45,354 bases of DNA. Source: Candidatus Micrarchaeota archaeon (GTDB lineage: Archaea; Micrarchaeota; Micrarchaeia; Anstonellales; Bilamarchaeaceae). The notes beneath the pieces were generated by a model, which saw only the letters and a list, made by a program, of their open reading frames with translations, searched no databases and was not told the origin of the DNA. Both the position numbers and the translations under genes were made by a program. The stretch lies in the NCBI GenBank assembly GCA_023248035.1, contig JAHFFJ010000003.1:13526-58879 (forward strand), read 5' to 3'. Position 1 is the first letter of the stretch; each line of letters starts with the position of its first letter. This document shows positions 34,601 to 41,677 of the stretch, piece after piece.

Positions 34601-37066
34601 TAGCGAATCTTCTACATCCATTTTTTCAAGTGCACTTGCACTTATTGCAAGACGTGCACGCACCATGGAAGAAGAAAGCTGGGTGGGTGTAAAGCTATAA
34701 AGAAGATTTGCTTCGCCAACACGAAGAGAAATTGGATCATTAGTGTTAGATATGTTCTCTTGGGCATCACGCTCATTCTTCCAGTTTAATCGTGAATAGT
34801 TCGCTTGGACAATCTTTAGTGCATTTTCACCATAAGCCGCAACAAGAGCAGCGCGATCAGGTGAGGATTTACCAAGTTCAAGATAAATTGCATAAAATGC
34901 TCTTGAGAGGCCATCTACAGAATAGCCAACCGATGGATTTCGATAGAGCGGGAGTAGCTCTTTATTTCTTTTACCCATTTCCTCATCAATCTGCTCTACT
35001 GGCCTTACTATCCAGCTCAATGCCTGAAGATTGGATGAAACAGTATCGTAGAATTTTTGGCCTTCTTTGCCTTGAGCTGTTACAAATGCCGCCCGTTTTT
35101 GCCTTACCCCAGAGATCTCAGCATAAGCAGTGTTCATTTGTAGGATATTTACTTTTTGCATTCCTGCTCCAGAAAGGGCAAGTGCAAGTTTATCTTTTGC
35201 ACTAACAAGAGCAGTGAAATCGGAATACGCATCTCCAGGTAGTTTGGATAACCATGATAATTGATCAAAATTCTTGTCTATTAGGTCAACCAACTTGCGA
35301 CCATCTACCGGAGGTACCGCTTCCCGATTTGTTCTTGCAAGTACAATTTCATTATAATTTGTAGAAAGCCAGGCAAGATCACTAACTTGTATACCTGCAT
35401 TTGCAAGTGCAATAGCAGTGGGATCACGAATAGAAAGTAGACGGTTATATTCCGCACTCAGATCAGCAACAGGTTTAGAAAGCCAGGATAGACTAGTGAA
35501 ATTTTTCTGAATAATATTTGCAGTCTCAAGTTTTTCACCTAATGCCTGCTTACTCATTCTTTCGGTAAGTGCAATGGAATAAGCAACCGAAGTCGCCTTA
35601 CCTTTTTGATCAGTAGTTGACATTTCCCAAAGTCTCTTTGCAACAGCATCCCCTTCACTGGCTCTTGCATTCATCATAGTTGCAACATTGCCTGCGGGAC
35701 GAATGAGCCAACCCAGCGTAGAGTAATTTTGGAAAACAAAATTAACCAGCTGCGAACCATAGTCTCTTTTAAGAGCATCACGATCTGAATTTTTGGCAAG
35801 TGAAGTGTAGATATCTCGTAATGATATTGCAAAGAAATTACGATTAAGACGAAGGGCAAGGGTACCAATAAGGACATTTGAACGCAATTTTTCACGATAG
35901 AGATTCTTGAATTCGTCAAAGAAAACGTTGTCGTTTATTATTGAATCTCCTAGGTATGTTCCCTTGAGTATTTGTGAAAAATCCTGCCCTGCCTTTGCTA
36001 TTTCAAGGCGGGTGGATGCAGTAGTTATGCCTTCAAGAGTGGATGCAGCCCTTCTTGCTAGAGCAAGCCTATAGAGAGTGGCTACTGGTTCAACTATTTT
36101 GACTCCTAGAGAATCATTATCATACTGGACCTTTAATGTTTCAATTTTTTTGGAGTCACCCTTTGGAAGGTCTTTATATATTTCAGACACAACAGCTGCA
36201 AATTCCCTTGGATCTACCCCTCGTTTTGCAGGGTCAGGGTCATTGTCTTTCTTTTTCTTATATGCCTGGAAAATAGGACCTAGTTGTTTATCGGAAGAAA
36301 TGCTTTCATGGAATGCTGCACTAAAGCCAATCATGAATTCTGGTGAAGTATTCGCAGCAAAAATTGCACTAAATTCTGCCCCCTTTACGCTATCGCCAGT
36401 AAGAAGGTGGGCTTTTAATGCCGCAATAGCCATTCTGGCAGCTTCAGTTGGCATTCTATTGGACAATTCAGAAACAAGATGATTACCAAACTTATTTTTC
36501 AGATCTTCCATTGCAGCAGGTGTTTTTATACTCCCAATTTCAGAGCGGATTTTCGATACTGTAAGAATAAAGTCTACAAGCAGTATTGCAGGCTCCATCC
36601 TTACAAATAGTACGTGCGGTTTGTCCTTTTTGAAAGCCTCATAAAGTGAACTTAGTTCGGGTTGTTTTAGGTAGTTTTGGATCTCGCTTATAAGCGAGTT
36701 ACGAAATACTCTTTGGTTGTTAAAGGCTAAACCATTGAAGGGCTGATCGTAAATACTCATAAAGCGCTGGTAACTTGCTGGATTACCTGAAAGAAGATAA
36801 TCGCGATAGGCAGTTGCCGCCTCTTTTGCACTTGAAAGCAAATGCCTCTTACTTTCATCCGTAGTTAGCTGGGAGGGTTGTGCCATAGCAGATCTTACTC
36901 CTAAATTGTTTATATTGTTTGCGCTCTCGGTCGTCATAACGGTTGCAAGAGCAGCAGCACTAAAAATAGAAAAGTAACGGCCAAATGTGAAAAGTTTTCT
37001 TCTGTGCGAAAGTGATTGGCCTAACCCCCCTTTTTGATCCTCCGGATTTATACGGGAACCGGCCAT
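28679..37066 (-). CDS. orphan giant protein F (2795 aa): long RR-containing leader, helical repeat region, Pro-rich hinge, globular region, C-terminal beta-strand-rich domain ending in KVSF
   Basis: Uninterrupted 8.4-kb ORF. The N terminus is MAGSRINPEDQKGGLGQSLSHRRKLFTFGRYFSIFSAAALATVMTT...SAMAQP. Repeated Y-G-x-x-L-V...L-S-W-h-x-R/K-P modules. The last 308 aa have about 12 amphipathic strand-like segments. Confidence 0.9.
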   Translation of the reverse strand: MAGSRINPEDQKGGLGQSLSHRRKLFTFGRYFSIFSAAALATVMTTESANNINNLGVRSAMAQPSQLTTDESKRHLLSSAKEAATAYRDYLLSGNPASYQRFMSIYDQPFNGLAFNNQRVFRNSLISEIQNYLKQPELSSLYEAFKKDKPHVLFVRMEPAILLVDFILTVSKIRSEIGSIKTPAAMEDLKNKFGNHLVSELSNRMPTEAARMAIAALKAHLLTGDSVKGAEFSAIFAANTSPEFMIGFSAAFHESISSDKQLGPIFQAYKKKKDNDPDPAKRGVDPREFAAVVSEIYKDLPKGDSKKIETLKVQYDNDSLGVKIVEPVATLYRLALARRAASTLEGITTASTRLEIAKAGQDFSQILKGTYLGDSIINDNVFFDEFKNLYREKLRSNVLIGTLALRLNRNFFAISLRDIYTSLAKNSDRDALKRDYGSQLVNFVFQNYSTLGWLIRPAGNVATMMNARASEGDAVAKRLWEMSTTDQKGKATSVAYSIALTERMSKQALGEKLETANIIQKNFTSLSWLSKPVADLSAEYNRLLSIRDPTAIALANAGIQVSDLAWLSTNYNEIVLARTNREAVPPVDGRKLVDLIDKNFDQLSWLSKLPGDAYSDFTALVSAKDKLALALSGAGMQKVNILQMNTAYAEISGVRQKRAAFVTAQGKEGQKFYDTVSSNLQALSWIVRPVEQIDEEMGKRNKELLPLYRNPSVGYSVDGLSRAFYAIYLELGKSSPDRAALVAAYGENALKIVQANYSRLNWKNERDAQENISNTNDPISLRVGEANLLYSFTPTQLSSSMVRARLAISASALEKMDVEDSLGTLFVNPVTSRVTISSGPVVSGNEISDKIQEISNTYNELEAAAKDVERQLGEDIFVPARAVLREHLWKWRRENERLKTAAESSGDHQSLKRISDQQDQLRNQMVNGFELRKAAELAFAMIHLAETGGDINSTSGFSVSSGDTVTLQRLLAWYESTGQKDLTHEKQSAIGDVVASVLYRATPELYRFINSMDDRTYPQVLGRLYSELRAGGLDERNRVRLNEQYGSAFVAGVESNLHDLRVLENPAFKVSDIPPKINKILMHAYRKQDNHLYDAVVKIYEDGITHAPTPQDSEPYKADYIRVVNELREAYGPELVRFVFANQKELSSIKDPNDLHNLKPGLEEGLNAAFDKGPGPGRANFMYNFHHVADVVPQVYVDIKSALSFSNAVDSTPGQVGSFEINLRHAVEHYRSEFGASDYLFGQYINLDLLNKSVGRLAKRYNLSLTGSVASRGLRSPEDMVSFLTSESGRSLVAAGHKFYDQLETNYLMSREKEGTNVSSLGWEYSDDSIKSLRNQLSILDALYLGVALEHIGGTDSAFSSQAARATMDSVLLIAHRDPYLVGPYLLNVLPALIEVCPDEKSLVAAITAFNNLFSTRYQDGMRDLAYSTSINRKYFLEVFEKIGKNLPIITSTYDHTRLQDELRRIPEPLTDESYLNPFLYRYKPSPLFAQPPQIPNLYGVNPFPFSIDFSPTAPTSPSLPVPGGFTLDSGARAGFTRMYEGLRPPTERLFRLRVPSPFKIDAIGEATIIRSLTKLFGPMPTDYSSYWLSHNAEAGGFGSIESDRAATTSRAGAAALGVHRGITGGVTERAIYTGETKTDDAYSAPPLADQPDAPPIKTATSTVTRNADVEARAGGIRLGVPGADDLIRSRALFHHEFASTDKEVSGGTMADPTSQSLTTALKTSGLFESYSRIARNSGTDMLLLVAGEHVPELKDSAGTVVQTKNDKLKTRAYILTPEGGIYQVAYGLNSSRDAVGNDTSVQILNYLFGNTNQDNILASLKFMGSKMLTSDSAAHGFDGAAVGITIPRGVGDNFAALTFGELVRNINTMDPLHVEQAAGMAITDLLSSKKQRSIYAGFYRGTQVLDRAAVDPKNPTAAPSITGSHWSEGTGELMWRTVRIDPLESSWELRLAGGGPQPTIGARYRREDRPTKTRTTAYGLTLSHHEVDLLQDFRAVSAETDKMYTKTVNSLVHAYHWSEDEARNVGWLVSASYMYSQLENWVVKNPDGSYSTSTQEVDANGKTVPRLNPNYVSVLMMYWANRHGILVGGERVPGFRAISDRIDRAMNEITTSPENEQSILEGLSKDMQNAMKQDIWKFALGYGYDGEQTRIYVVAAAGKNPAYDDLSSAYGSLYGLVLFGRPTSTYFDVAAHAFQYAPVVITESGDAATGTARLDVQRQKSTPYTSLYGGFGVVDWPAIQVNRYEHELHVSKQAQPVRALRDCYVEFGSDFSNFSRLEDAYGKPFVTAVRGSQANLSWVVRPVSEIDREISARLEEPAVRQMMVNFKPTIKSEDKTADLAKALADIYSELRAPTPDVQRLESKYGKDLVSVIRHSPVALEWVLLPEKRMDSQFKKNSEGVLKAIADAPIKQSQGSEKLSGGEVAQLFEQNMAAVVLQSLPDPILARHPENYDVILGAQLQKEAALGAKAPRYDHLYMLVTGDAANPGARYSLRLGNDLDLEDWQKKGYFIGRGIVKVEIKRSGDGYDFVFSGDRRMSFLTAARVVGGITLPLNSEILGTTYQAGKNFTVGGLVQLLQDQKGDWLAGALYGIREFGNEDWKSWKVATTARVSGITTEKMSSNHYFYIAFNRTERKVIVTTQEEHDLCVNEGKCDLGNFSRTTIGTGYTWARANISSGSSLALHLFFEGGVESRRDFYVASEQATYPGYTGYKSTVSSASDLTNQFVFRAGVGVSFSDQQRELIGSSYTFSLTGARGTWPNVAADITQEETMQPYATSITNGRMPLWIMGYAKVSF

Positions 37067-37211
37067 ACTAAGACCTATTTGGGACTAAACGCATCCATAG
37101 TTATTGTGGTTGGAAAGATTAAAAAAAGGGTGTCACAAGAGGTGGACGTCTGGAAATTTATAGCGATAACAATTTCTGCGTATATTTGAGTTTTAGTATC
37201 AAAAAAGATAA

Positions 37212-37246
37212 CTTTATACTATAGTAGTTATATTATTTTATACTAT
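37212..37246 (+). promoter_or_regulatory. putative promoter/operator of the wHTH gene: 10-bp direct repeat tttatactat x2
   Basis: tttatactat occurs at 37213-37222 (TATA-like, ~27 nt upstream of the ATG at 37245) and again at 37237-37246, overlapping the start codon. Both lie in the 178-nt region shared divergently with giant gene F. Confidence 0.35.
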
Positions 37247-38144
37247 GAAGATAAGTAACAGGGAGATAGAGATTCTAGATTACCTAATGGGCAGAAAAGC
37301 TACTTTCAAATCGGTTGCCATAACACTAGGGATAAAAAAATCCAACCTCACAAAATACATAAAAAAACTTGAAAGATACCGACTAGTTACTCTTAGGAGA
37401 GATGGCCAGCATAAAGAAATACATCTTGAGTATGCAATTTGGTTTGGTTTTTTTGGGGTAAGACAAACATTTCCAGAAATTAAACTAAAGGATATTTTGA
37501 TTGGTAGAGTACCGTTTCTTTTAAGCTTTATTAAAAATAGGCAAAAATTCAGGATACGGGATTTGGATATTCCTGCAGTATCTGCTAAGAAGATTTTAAG
37601 CAAACTTAGAAAAACAGGAATAATTTTTATGCCCACTAGAGGAGTGTATAGTTTGAGAGAAGAAGCTTTGCCTGCAGCTGAATTTTGCAGGGATGTATTA
37701 ATGCAGATGTATGTGGCAGAGGGTGAACATGAAATGGAAGATATAAAACAAGTATTTTTCTCATTTGATAGTGTGTTGGGGGTTGAGGTAGTTTTTGTCA
37801 CTGGACAGGAAAATTCGCCTAAAAATTATTGGCTTACATCTTATAGTGTGTTTCACAAATACGGCATAGATTTAATTCTTGCAGGAAAATATTATTACAC
37901 GAATATTAAACCTGATTTAGAGGATATAATAATTCATACTTTAGCTCTTAGCAGAGATATAAGAAGCATAGCTTACGTTGCTTCTCTTATGTTTAGGCAC
38001 AAATTTAGTGATAAATTGCTAAAAAAGAAGCAGCGTTTTGGCCTGAAAGAAGAATTCATAACGAAGCTGATCCAGTTTGTAGAATCAAAAAACGGGAAAA
38101 CTTTCGAAGGATTCCCTTCATGGGAAGAAGTTGAGGCGGTCTAG
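37245..38144 (+). CDS. winged-helix DNA-binding protein (AbiEi-like antitoxin/regulator candidate)
   Basis: N-terminal wHTH (REIEILDYLMGRKATFKSVAITLGIKKSNLTKYIKKLERYRLV). Its stop TAG abuts the ATG of the downstream nucleotidyltransferase gene. Confidence 0.5.
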   Translation: MKISNREIEILDYLMGRKATFKSVAITLGIKKSNLTKYIKKLERYRLVTLRRDGQHKEIHLEYAIWFGFFGVRQTFPEIKLKDILIGRVPFLLSFIKNRQKFRIRDLDIPAVSAKKILSKLRKTGIIFMPTRGVYSLREEALPAAEFCRDVLMQMYVAEGEHEMEDIKQVFFSFDSVLGVEVVFVTGQENSPKNYWLTSYSVFHKYGIDLILAGKYYYTNIKPDLEDIIIHTLALSRDIRSIAYVASLMFRHKFSDKLLKKKQRFGLKEEFITKLIQFVESKNGKTFEGFPSWEEVEAV

Positions 38145-38774
38145 ATGTTTGACGCAAAATATATCGATACCGAACTTGAAATCATTGGTTCACGAATTAA
38201 AAGACCGCTCAGCGTCTACCTTATAGGGGGCTGTGCCATGTCCTTCCGCGGACTGAAGGAATCAACAAAGGATATTGATATTGTTTTCAAAAATGACCTG
38301 GATTACGAGCTATTTTGCGATGCGCTCTTTGGAGCACAATATTTTGAACCATTTACTATAAAATCAGAACATGAAAACCTTAAAGCTGCAAGGATGTTCG
38401 AGAATAAAGATGGTTTTCATTTAGACTTGTTTGTTAAGCAAGTAGTAGGAAAACTAATTCTGTCAAAGTCAATGATTCAGAGGGCAGAAAAATACAAGCA
38501 ATACGGTAAACTAACGGTTTATATTCTATCAAGAGAAGATATTTTCCTTTTCAAGGGACTTGCAAGCGAAAGTAGAAAAAGAGACTTGGGAGATATGCAA
38601 ATTTTGTACCCAAACCTTAACTGGAAGTATATTGAAGCAGAATTGAGAACTCAAGCTTTGACAACAGAATTGATTCAACTGTTCATAAGGAGGCTTGATG
38701 AGTTTAGCAGGATTTACAGACTGGATGTACCGATAATGGCAAGGCTAAAGACAACGGTAAGGAAACTGAAATGA
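38145..38774 (+). CDS. Pol-beta-superfamily nucleotidyltransferase (AbiEii/DUF6036-like toxin candidate)
   Basis: VYLIGGCAMSFRGLKESTKDIDIVF (G-G-x(n)-D-I-D) plus the downstream acidic GFHLDLFV motif. The gene is translationally coupled to the wHTH gene. Confidence 0.5.
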   Translation: MFDAKYIDTELEIIGSRIKRPLSVYLIGGCAMSFRGLKESTKDIDIVFKNDLDYELFCDALFGAQYFEPFTIKSEHENLKAARMFENKDGFHLDLFVKQVVGKLILSKSMIQRAEKYKQYGKLTVYILSREDIFLFKGLASESRKRDLGDMQILYPNLNWKYIEAELRTQALTTELIQLFIRRLDEFSRIYRLDVPIMARLKTTVRKLK

Positions 38775-38786
38775 TAGGTTGTGTAA

Positions 38787-39344
38787 TCATTTTTTTTGAT
38801 TAATTACACAAAGACTCTTCCCCCTCGCTTTTGGTTCAATTTCCACTTTGCCGCCAAACTCAATACCCCCCGCAACAGCTTTTCCATCTAGGATCCTATC
38901 AAGAGCGATTGCAAGTGCAGCCACTTCGCTATGAGGCTGGTTTGTTATTGAGATGTTGAAGTCTGCAAGGTGGTAAATTTCAGCTGGAACCTGCTCAGAC
39001 CCTACAACCATAATCACTCGCTCGAGTTTTCTTATTTCATTTAATTTTTGGTTTATAGGTAGTCCATACATAGTAAGATGAACAATGGCAAAGCCATCCT
39101 TTTTTTTCTTTTTGATAAACGGAATTGGGTTTTTTATGTACTCGATAGAAAAATCGCCATTTTCCTTTGCTCCTTTGCCCCATTGATCAGTAATACGTGA
39201 AACACTTAGTTCAAGGCCAGAGTCATGCTGACCGGAATAGAATATAGATGACGCTCCAAATGCCCTTGCCACAAGTGCAACATGAGTGGAGATACGCTCA
39301 TCGCGTGGGAGCCGATGACCAAGACGGAGAATTTGGATTTGCAT
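38787..39344 (-). CDS. trm56: tRNA (cytidine56-2'-O)-methyltransferase, SPOUT family
   Basis: ILRLGHRLPRDERISTHVALVARAFGA..., VHLTMYG, VVGSEQVPAEIYHLADFNISITNQPHSEVAALAIALDRIL closely parallel my recalled archaeal Trm56. Confidence 0.85.
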   Translation of the reverse strand: MQIQILRLGHRLPRDERISTHVALVARAFGASSIFYSGQHDSGLELSVSRITDQWGKGAKENGDFSIEYIKNPIPFIKKKKKDGFAIVHLTMYGLPINQKLNEIRKLERVIMVVGSEQVPAEIYHLADFNISITNQPHSEVAALAIALDRILDGKAVAGGIEFGGKVEIEPKARGKSLCVINQKK

Positions 39345-39392
39345 GGGATCTAATCTAATTTTAACTGTTTATATATATTATCACAGTAGTGA

Positions 39393-39590
39393 GTGTGTAT
39401 GAAAAATGTTGATATAAATACTGTTTACGAAGAAATCAGGTTAGTTAGAAAAAAACTAGAATATTTGGAAAATATTCTAATACCAGAGGAGACTCTTTCA
39501 GAAAAAGAATTAAAAGAAATTGACAAATTAAGAGCGGAAGCCTTAGAAGAGCACAAAAAAGGACAGACAATAAAACTTGATGAACTCTAG
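39393..39590 (+). CDS. small antitoxin-like protein upstream of RelE/ParE (likely true start at ATG 39399)
   Basis: About 63 aa, helical and acidic. Its 3' end overlaps the start of the toxin ORF. Confidence 0.5.
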   Translation: MCMKNVDINTVYEEIRLVRKKLEYLENILIPEETLSEKELKEIDKLRAEALEEHKKGQTIKLDEL

Positions 39591-39870
39591 GGTTTTGCTG
39601 ATGTTCCAGGTTGAATTTAAAAAATCCGCGAAAAAGGAAATAGATGAATGTCCTTTGGAATATAGAGCAAAGGTCATTGAAGCTTGTAAATTTTTAAGAG
39701 ATGAGCCGTACCCATTCAGATTTTATGACGTTAGGAAGGTTGCTGGAAGAGAACATATATATGGCATAAGAATTGGCAGGTACAGGCTGATATACGAAGT
39801 ATTTAAGGAAGAGAAATTGATTTTGATACTTAAGATACAGATTAAGTCTGAAACTATTTATAAATTTTAA
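39577..39870 (+). CDS. RelE/ParE-family toxin (alternative start at ATG 39601, MFQVEFKK)
   Basis: VEFKKSAKKEIDECP... and GIRIGRYRLIYEVFKEEKLILILKI match the RelE/ParE core pattern (R-I-G-x-Y-R-h-I-Y). Confidence 0.75.
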   Translation: MMNSRVLLMFQVEFKKSAKKEIDECPLEYRAKVIEACKFLRDEPYPFRFYDVRKVAGREHIYGIRIGRYRLIYEVFKEEKLILILKIQIKSETIYKF

Positions 39871-39932
39871 TTTGAAGTTTTTTTAATTGATTATAAATAT
39901 GAAAGGTTAAATCAAAACTTGCAGGTGGAAAA

Positions 39933-40910
39933 TTGAACATAATAAGCATTAAAAATTTGACCAAAAAATTTGGCGATTTTACAGCTGTAAATGGGATATC
40001 ACTTGAGATAGATGAGGGTGAGATTTTTGGATTACTTGGCCCAAATGGAGCAGGTAAAACTACTACTATTTCTATGTTAGCAACCCTTCTGGATCCTACA
40101 TCAGGCGAAGCTAGCGTTGCAAACAATTCGATTACCAAAAAGGATGAAGTACGAAAATCTATAGGAGTTGTTTTCCAGGATCCGAGCCTGGATGATGAAC
40201 TTACCGCAAGAGAAAATATGGATTTCCACGGCCGACTTTATAGGATGTCTGGGAACGAGCGCAAAGCACGAACAGATGAACTTCTTAAACTGGTGGAATT
40301 GGATGATAGGGCAGATAGCCTTGTGCGAAGCTTTTCGGGTGGGATGAAAAGACGCCTCGAAATTGCACGCGGCCTTATGCATCTCCCAAAAGTACTTTTT
40401 CTGGATGAACCTACTATTGGCCTTGACCCACAAACAAGGAGAAAGCTCTGGGATCATATTAAGCAGATAAAGAAACAAGGAGTTACTGTCATACTTACAA
40501 CGCACTATCTTGATGAGGCTGATTCACTTTGTGATAGGATAGCAATAATAGATCATGGCAATATTGTTGCCTTGGACACACCAGAAAAACTAAAGGGAAT
40601 ATTGGGTGGGGATATTGTAACAATAAAAGTGGATGATATAAAGAAAATGGAAGAACTTCTTTCAAAGGAAAAAGAGGTAAAGGAAGTGAGAAATTTTGAT
40701 AGTAGCCTCAATATCCTGATAGATGATGGTGCAATTGCGCTGCCAAAAATAATCCAGCTAGCACAAAAAGCCAAATTAACAGTAAGTTCTGCAACCATAA
40801 AAAGACCGAGCCTCGAGGATGTTTTCATACACTACACTGGCCGTGCGATAAGGGAAGAAGAAGGAGATAACAAACAGACGATAAGGGCAATGAAGGGAAG
40901 GTGGCGCTAG
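39933..40910 (+). CDS. ABC transporter ATP-binding protein (ABC-2/DrrA-like)
   Basis: Walker A GLLGPNGAGKTTT, signature FSGGMKRRLEIARGL, Walker B VLFLDEPTIGLD, H-loop TTHYLDEA. Confidence 0.9.
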   Translation: MNIISIKNLTKKFGDFTAVNGISLEIDEGEIFGLLGPNGAGKTTTISMLATLLDPTSGEASVANNSITKKDEVRKSIGVVFQDPSLDDELTARENMDFHGRLYRMSGNERKARTDELLKLVELDDRADSLVRSFSGGMKRRLEIARGLMHLPKVLFLDEPTIGLDPQTRRKLWDHIKQIKKQGVTVILTTHYLDEADSLCDRIAIIDHGNIVALDTPEKLKGILGGDIVTIKVDDIKKMEELLSKEKEVKEVRNFDSSLNILIDDGAIALPKIIQLAQKAKLTVSSATIKRPSLEDVFIHYTGRAIREEEGDNKQTIRAMKGRWR

Positions 40911-41662
40911 TGGATCTTGGAATAATTTACACTATATGGCTTAGAGAGATAAAAAAATTCACACGTGAAAAACCAAGGATAATAGGAAATCTTGCAATGC
41001 CATTTTTGTGGCTTGGGATAATGGGAGTTGGATTAAGTGCCACTATAGCTTCTGGCGGTAATTACATGGCATTCATAACTCCAGGAGTGATAGGGATGTC
41101 GCTCTTATTCACATCGATATTTTCAGGTGTTTCCGTAATATATGATCGCCAGTTTGGTTTCCTAAAGGAAATATTAGTTGCACCTGCTTCCAGAACGGAT
41201 ATAGTACTTGGAAAGGTTGCCGGGAGTGCGACCATATCGATTTTGAATGGCATACTTGTACTTATTTTGGGGATGCTTTTTGGGGGGATAACAATAGAGA
41301 TGATAACGCCAGGGGGTTTCCTCTTGGCATTGTTGTTCATGGCTCTTATTTCTGCTGCTTTTGTTTCGCTTGGGCTTGTAATTGCAGCAAGCATGAACAG
41401 TATGGAAGGCTTCCAGGTTATTATGAGCCTTCTTGTTATGCCGATATTCCTTCTTTCCGGAGCGTTTTTCCCTTTGGATAATGTGCCCCCAGTAATGGGA
41501 ATAGCAGCTGCAATAGATCCGCTTATGTACGGAGTGGATGGACTACGTGGAGCATTGATAGATGTATCGCGATTTGCATTTTACACCGATCTTGGTGTTC
41601 TTGCAGCTTTTAGTGCAGCAATGATTGGACTTGCAGCATCAATGTTTGGAAAACTCAAATAG
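40901..41662 (+). CDS. ABC-2 type transporter permease
   Basis: 253 aa with about six hydrophobic spans. It overlaps the ATPase gene by 10 nt. Confidence 0.8.
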   Translation: MALVDLGIIYTIWLREIKKFTREKPRIIGNLAMPFLWLGIMGVGLSATIASGGNYMAFITPGVIGMSLLFTSIFSGVSVIYDRQFGFLKEILVAPASRTDIVLGKVAGSATISILNGILVLILGMLFGGITIEMITPGGFLLALLFMALISAAFVSLGLVIAASMNSMEGFQVIMSLLVMPIFLLSGAFFPLDNVPPVMGIAAAIDPLMYGVDGLRGALIDVSRFAFYTDLGVLAAFSAAMIGLAASMFGKLK

Positions 41663-41677
41663 CAGAAAGCTTAAAAT

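Noticed and set aside
11194-37066. The island as an integrated provirus or conjugative element
   Set aside because: I recognised no integrase, terminase, capsid, portal, replication initiator, VirB4/VirD4-type ATPase or flanking att-like repeat. The only tRNA gene is 8 kb away from the island. The idea is not fully excluded, since giant tape-measure-like proteins with TM helices and lytic domains do exist.
28679-37066. Gene F as bacterial contamination or an assembly chimera, which would explain the autotransporter-like look
   Set aside because: Both flanks continue seamlessly into archaeal-type genes with similar AT-richness and compact spacing, so I treat it as native. Only read-level evidence can exclude a chimera, and that check is listed in the finding.
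37280-37801. 173-aa ORF antisense to the wHTH gene
   Set aside because: The sense ORF has a clear wHTH and is coupled to the downstream gene. The antisense product is low-complexity.
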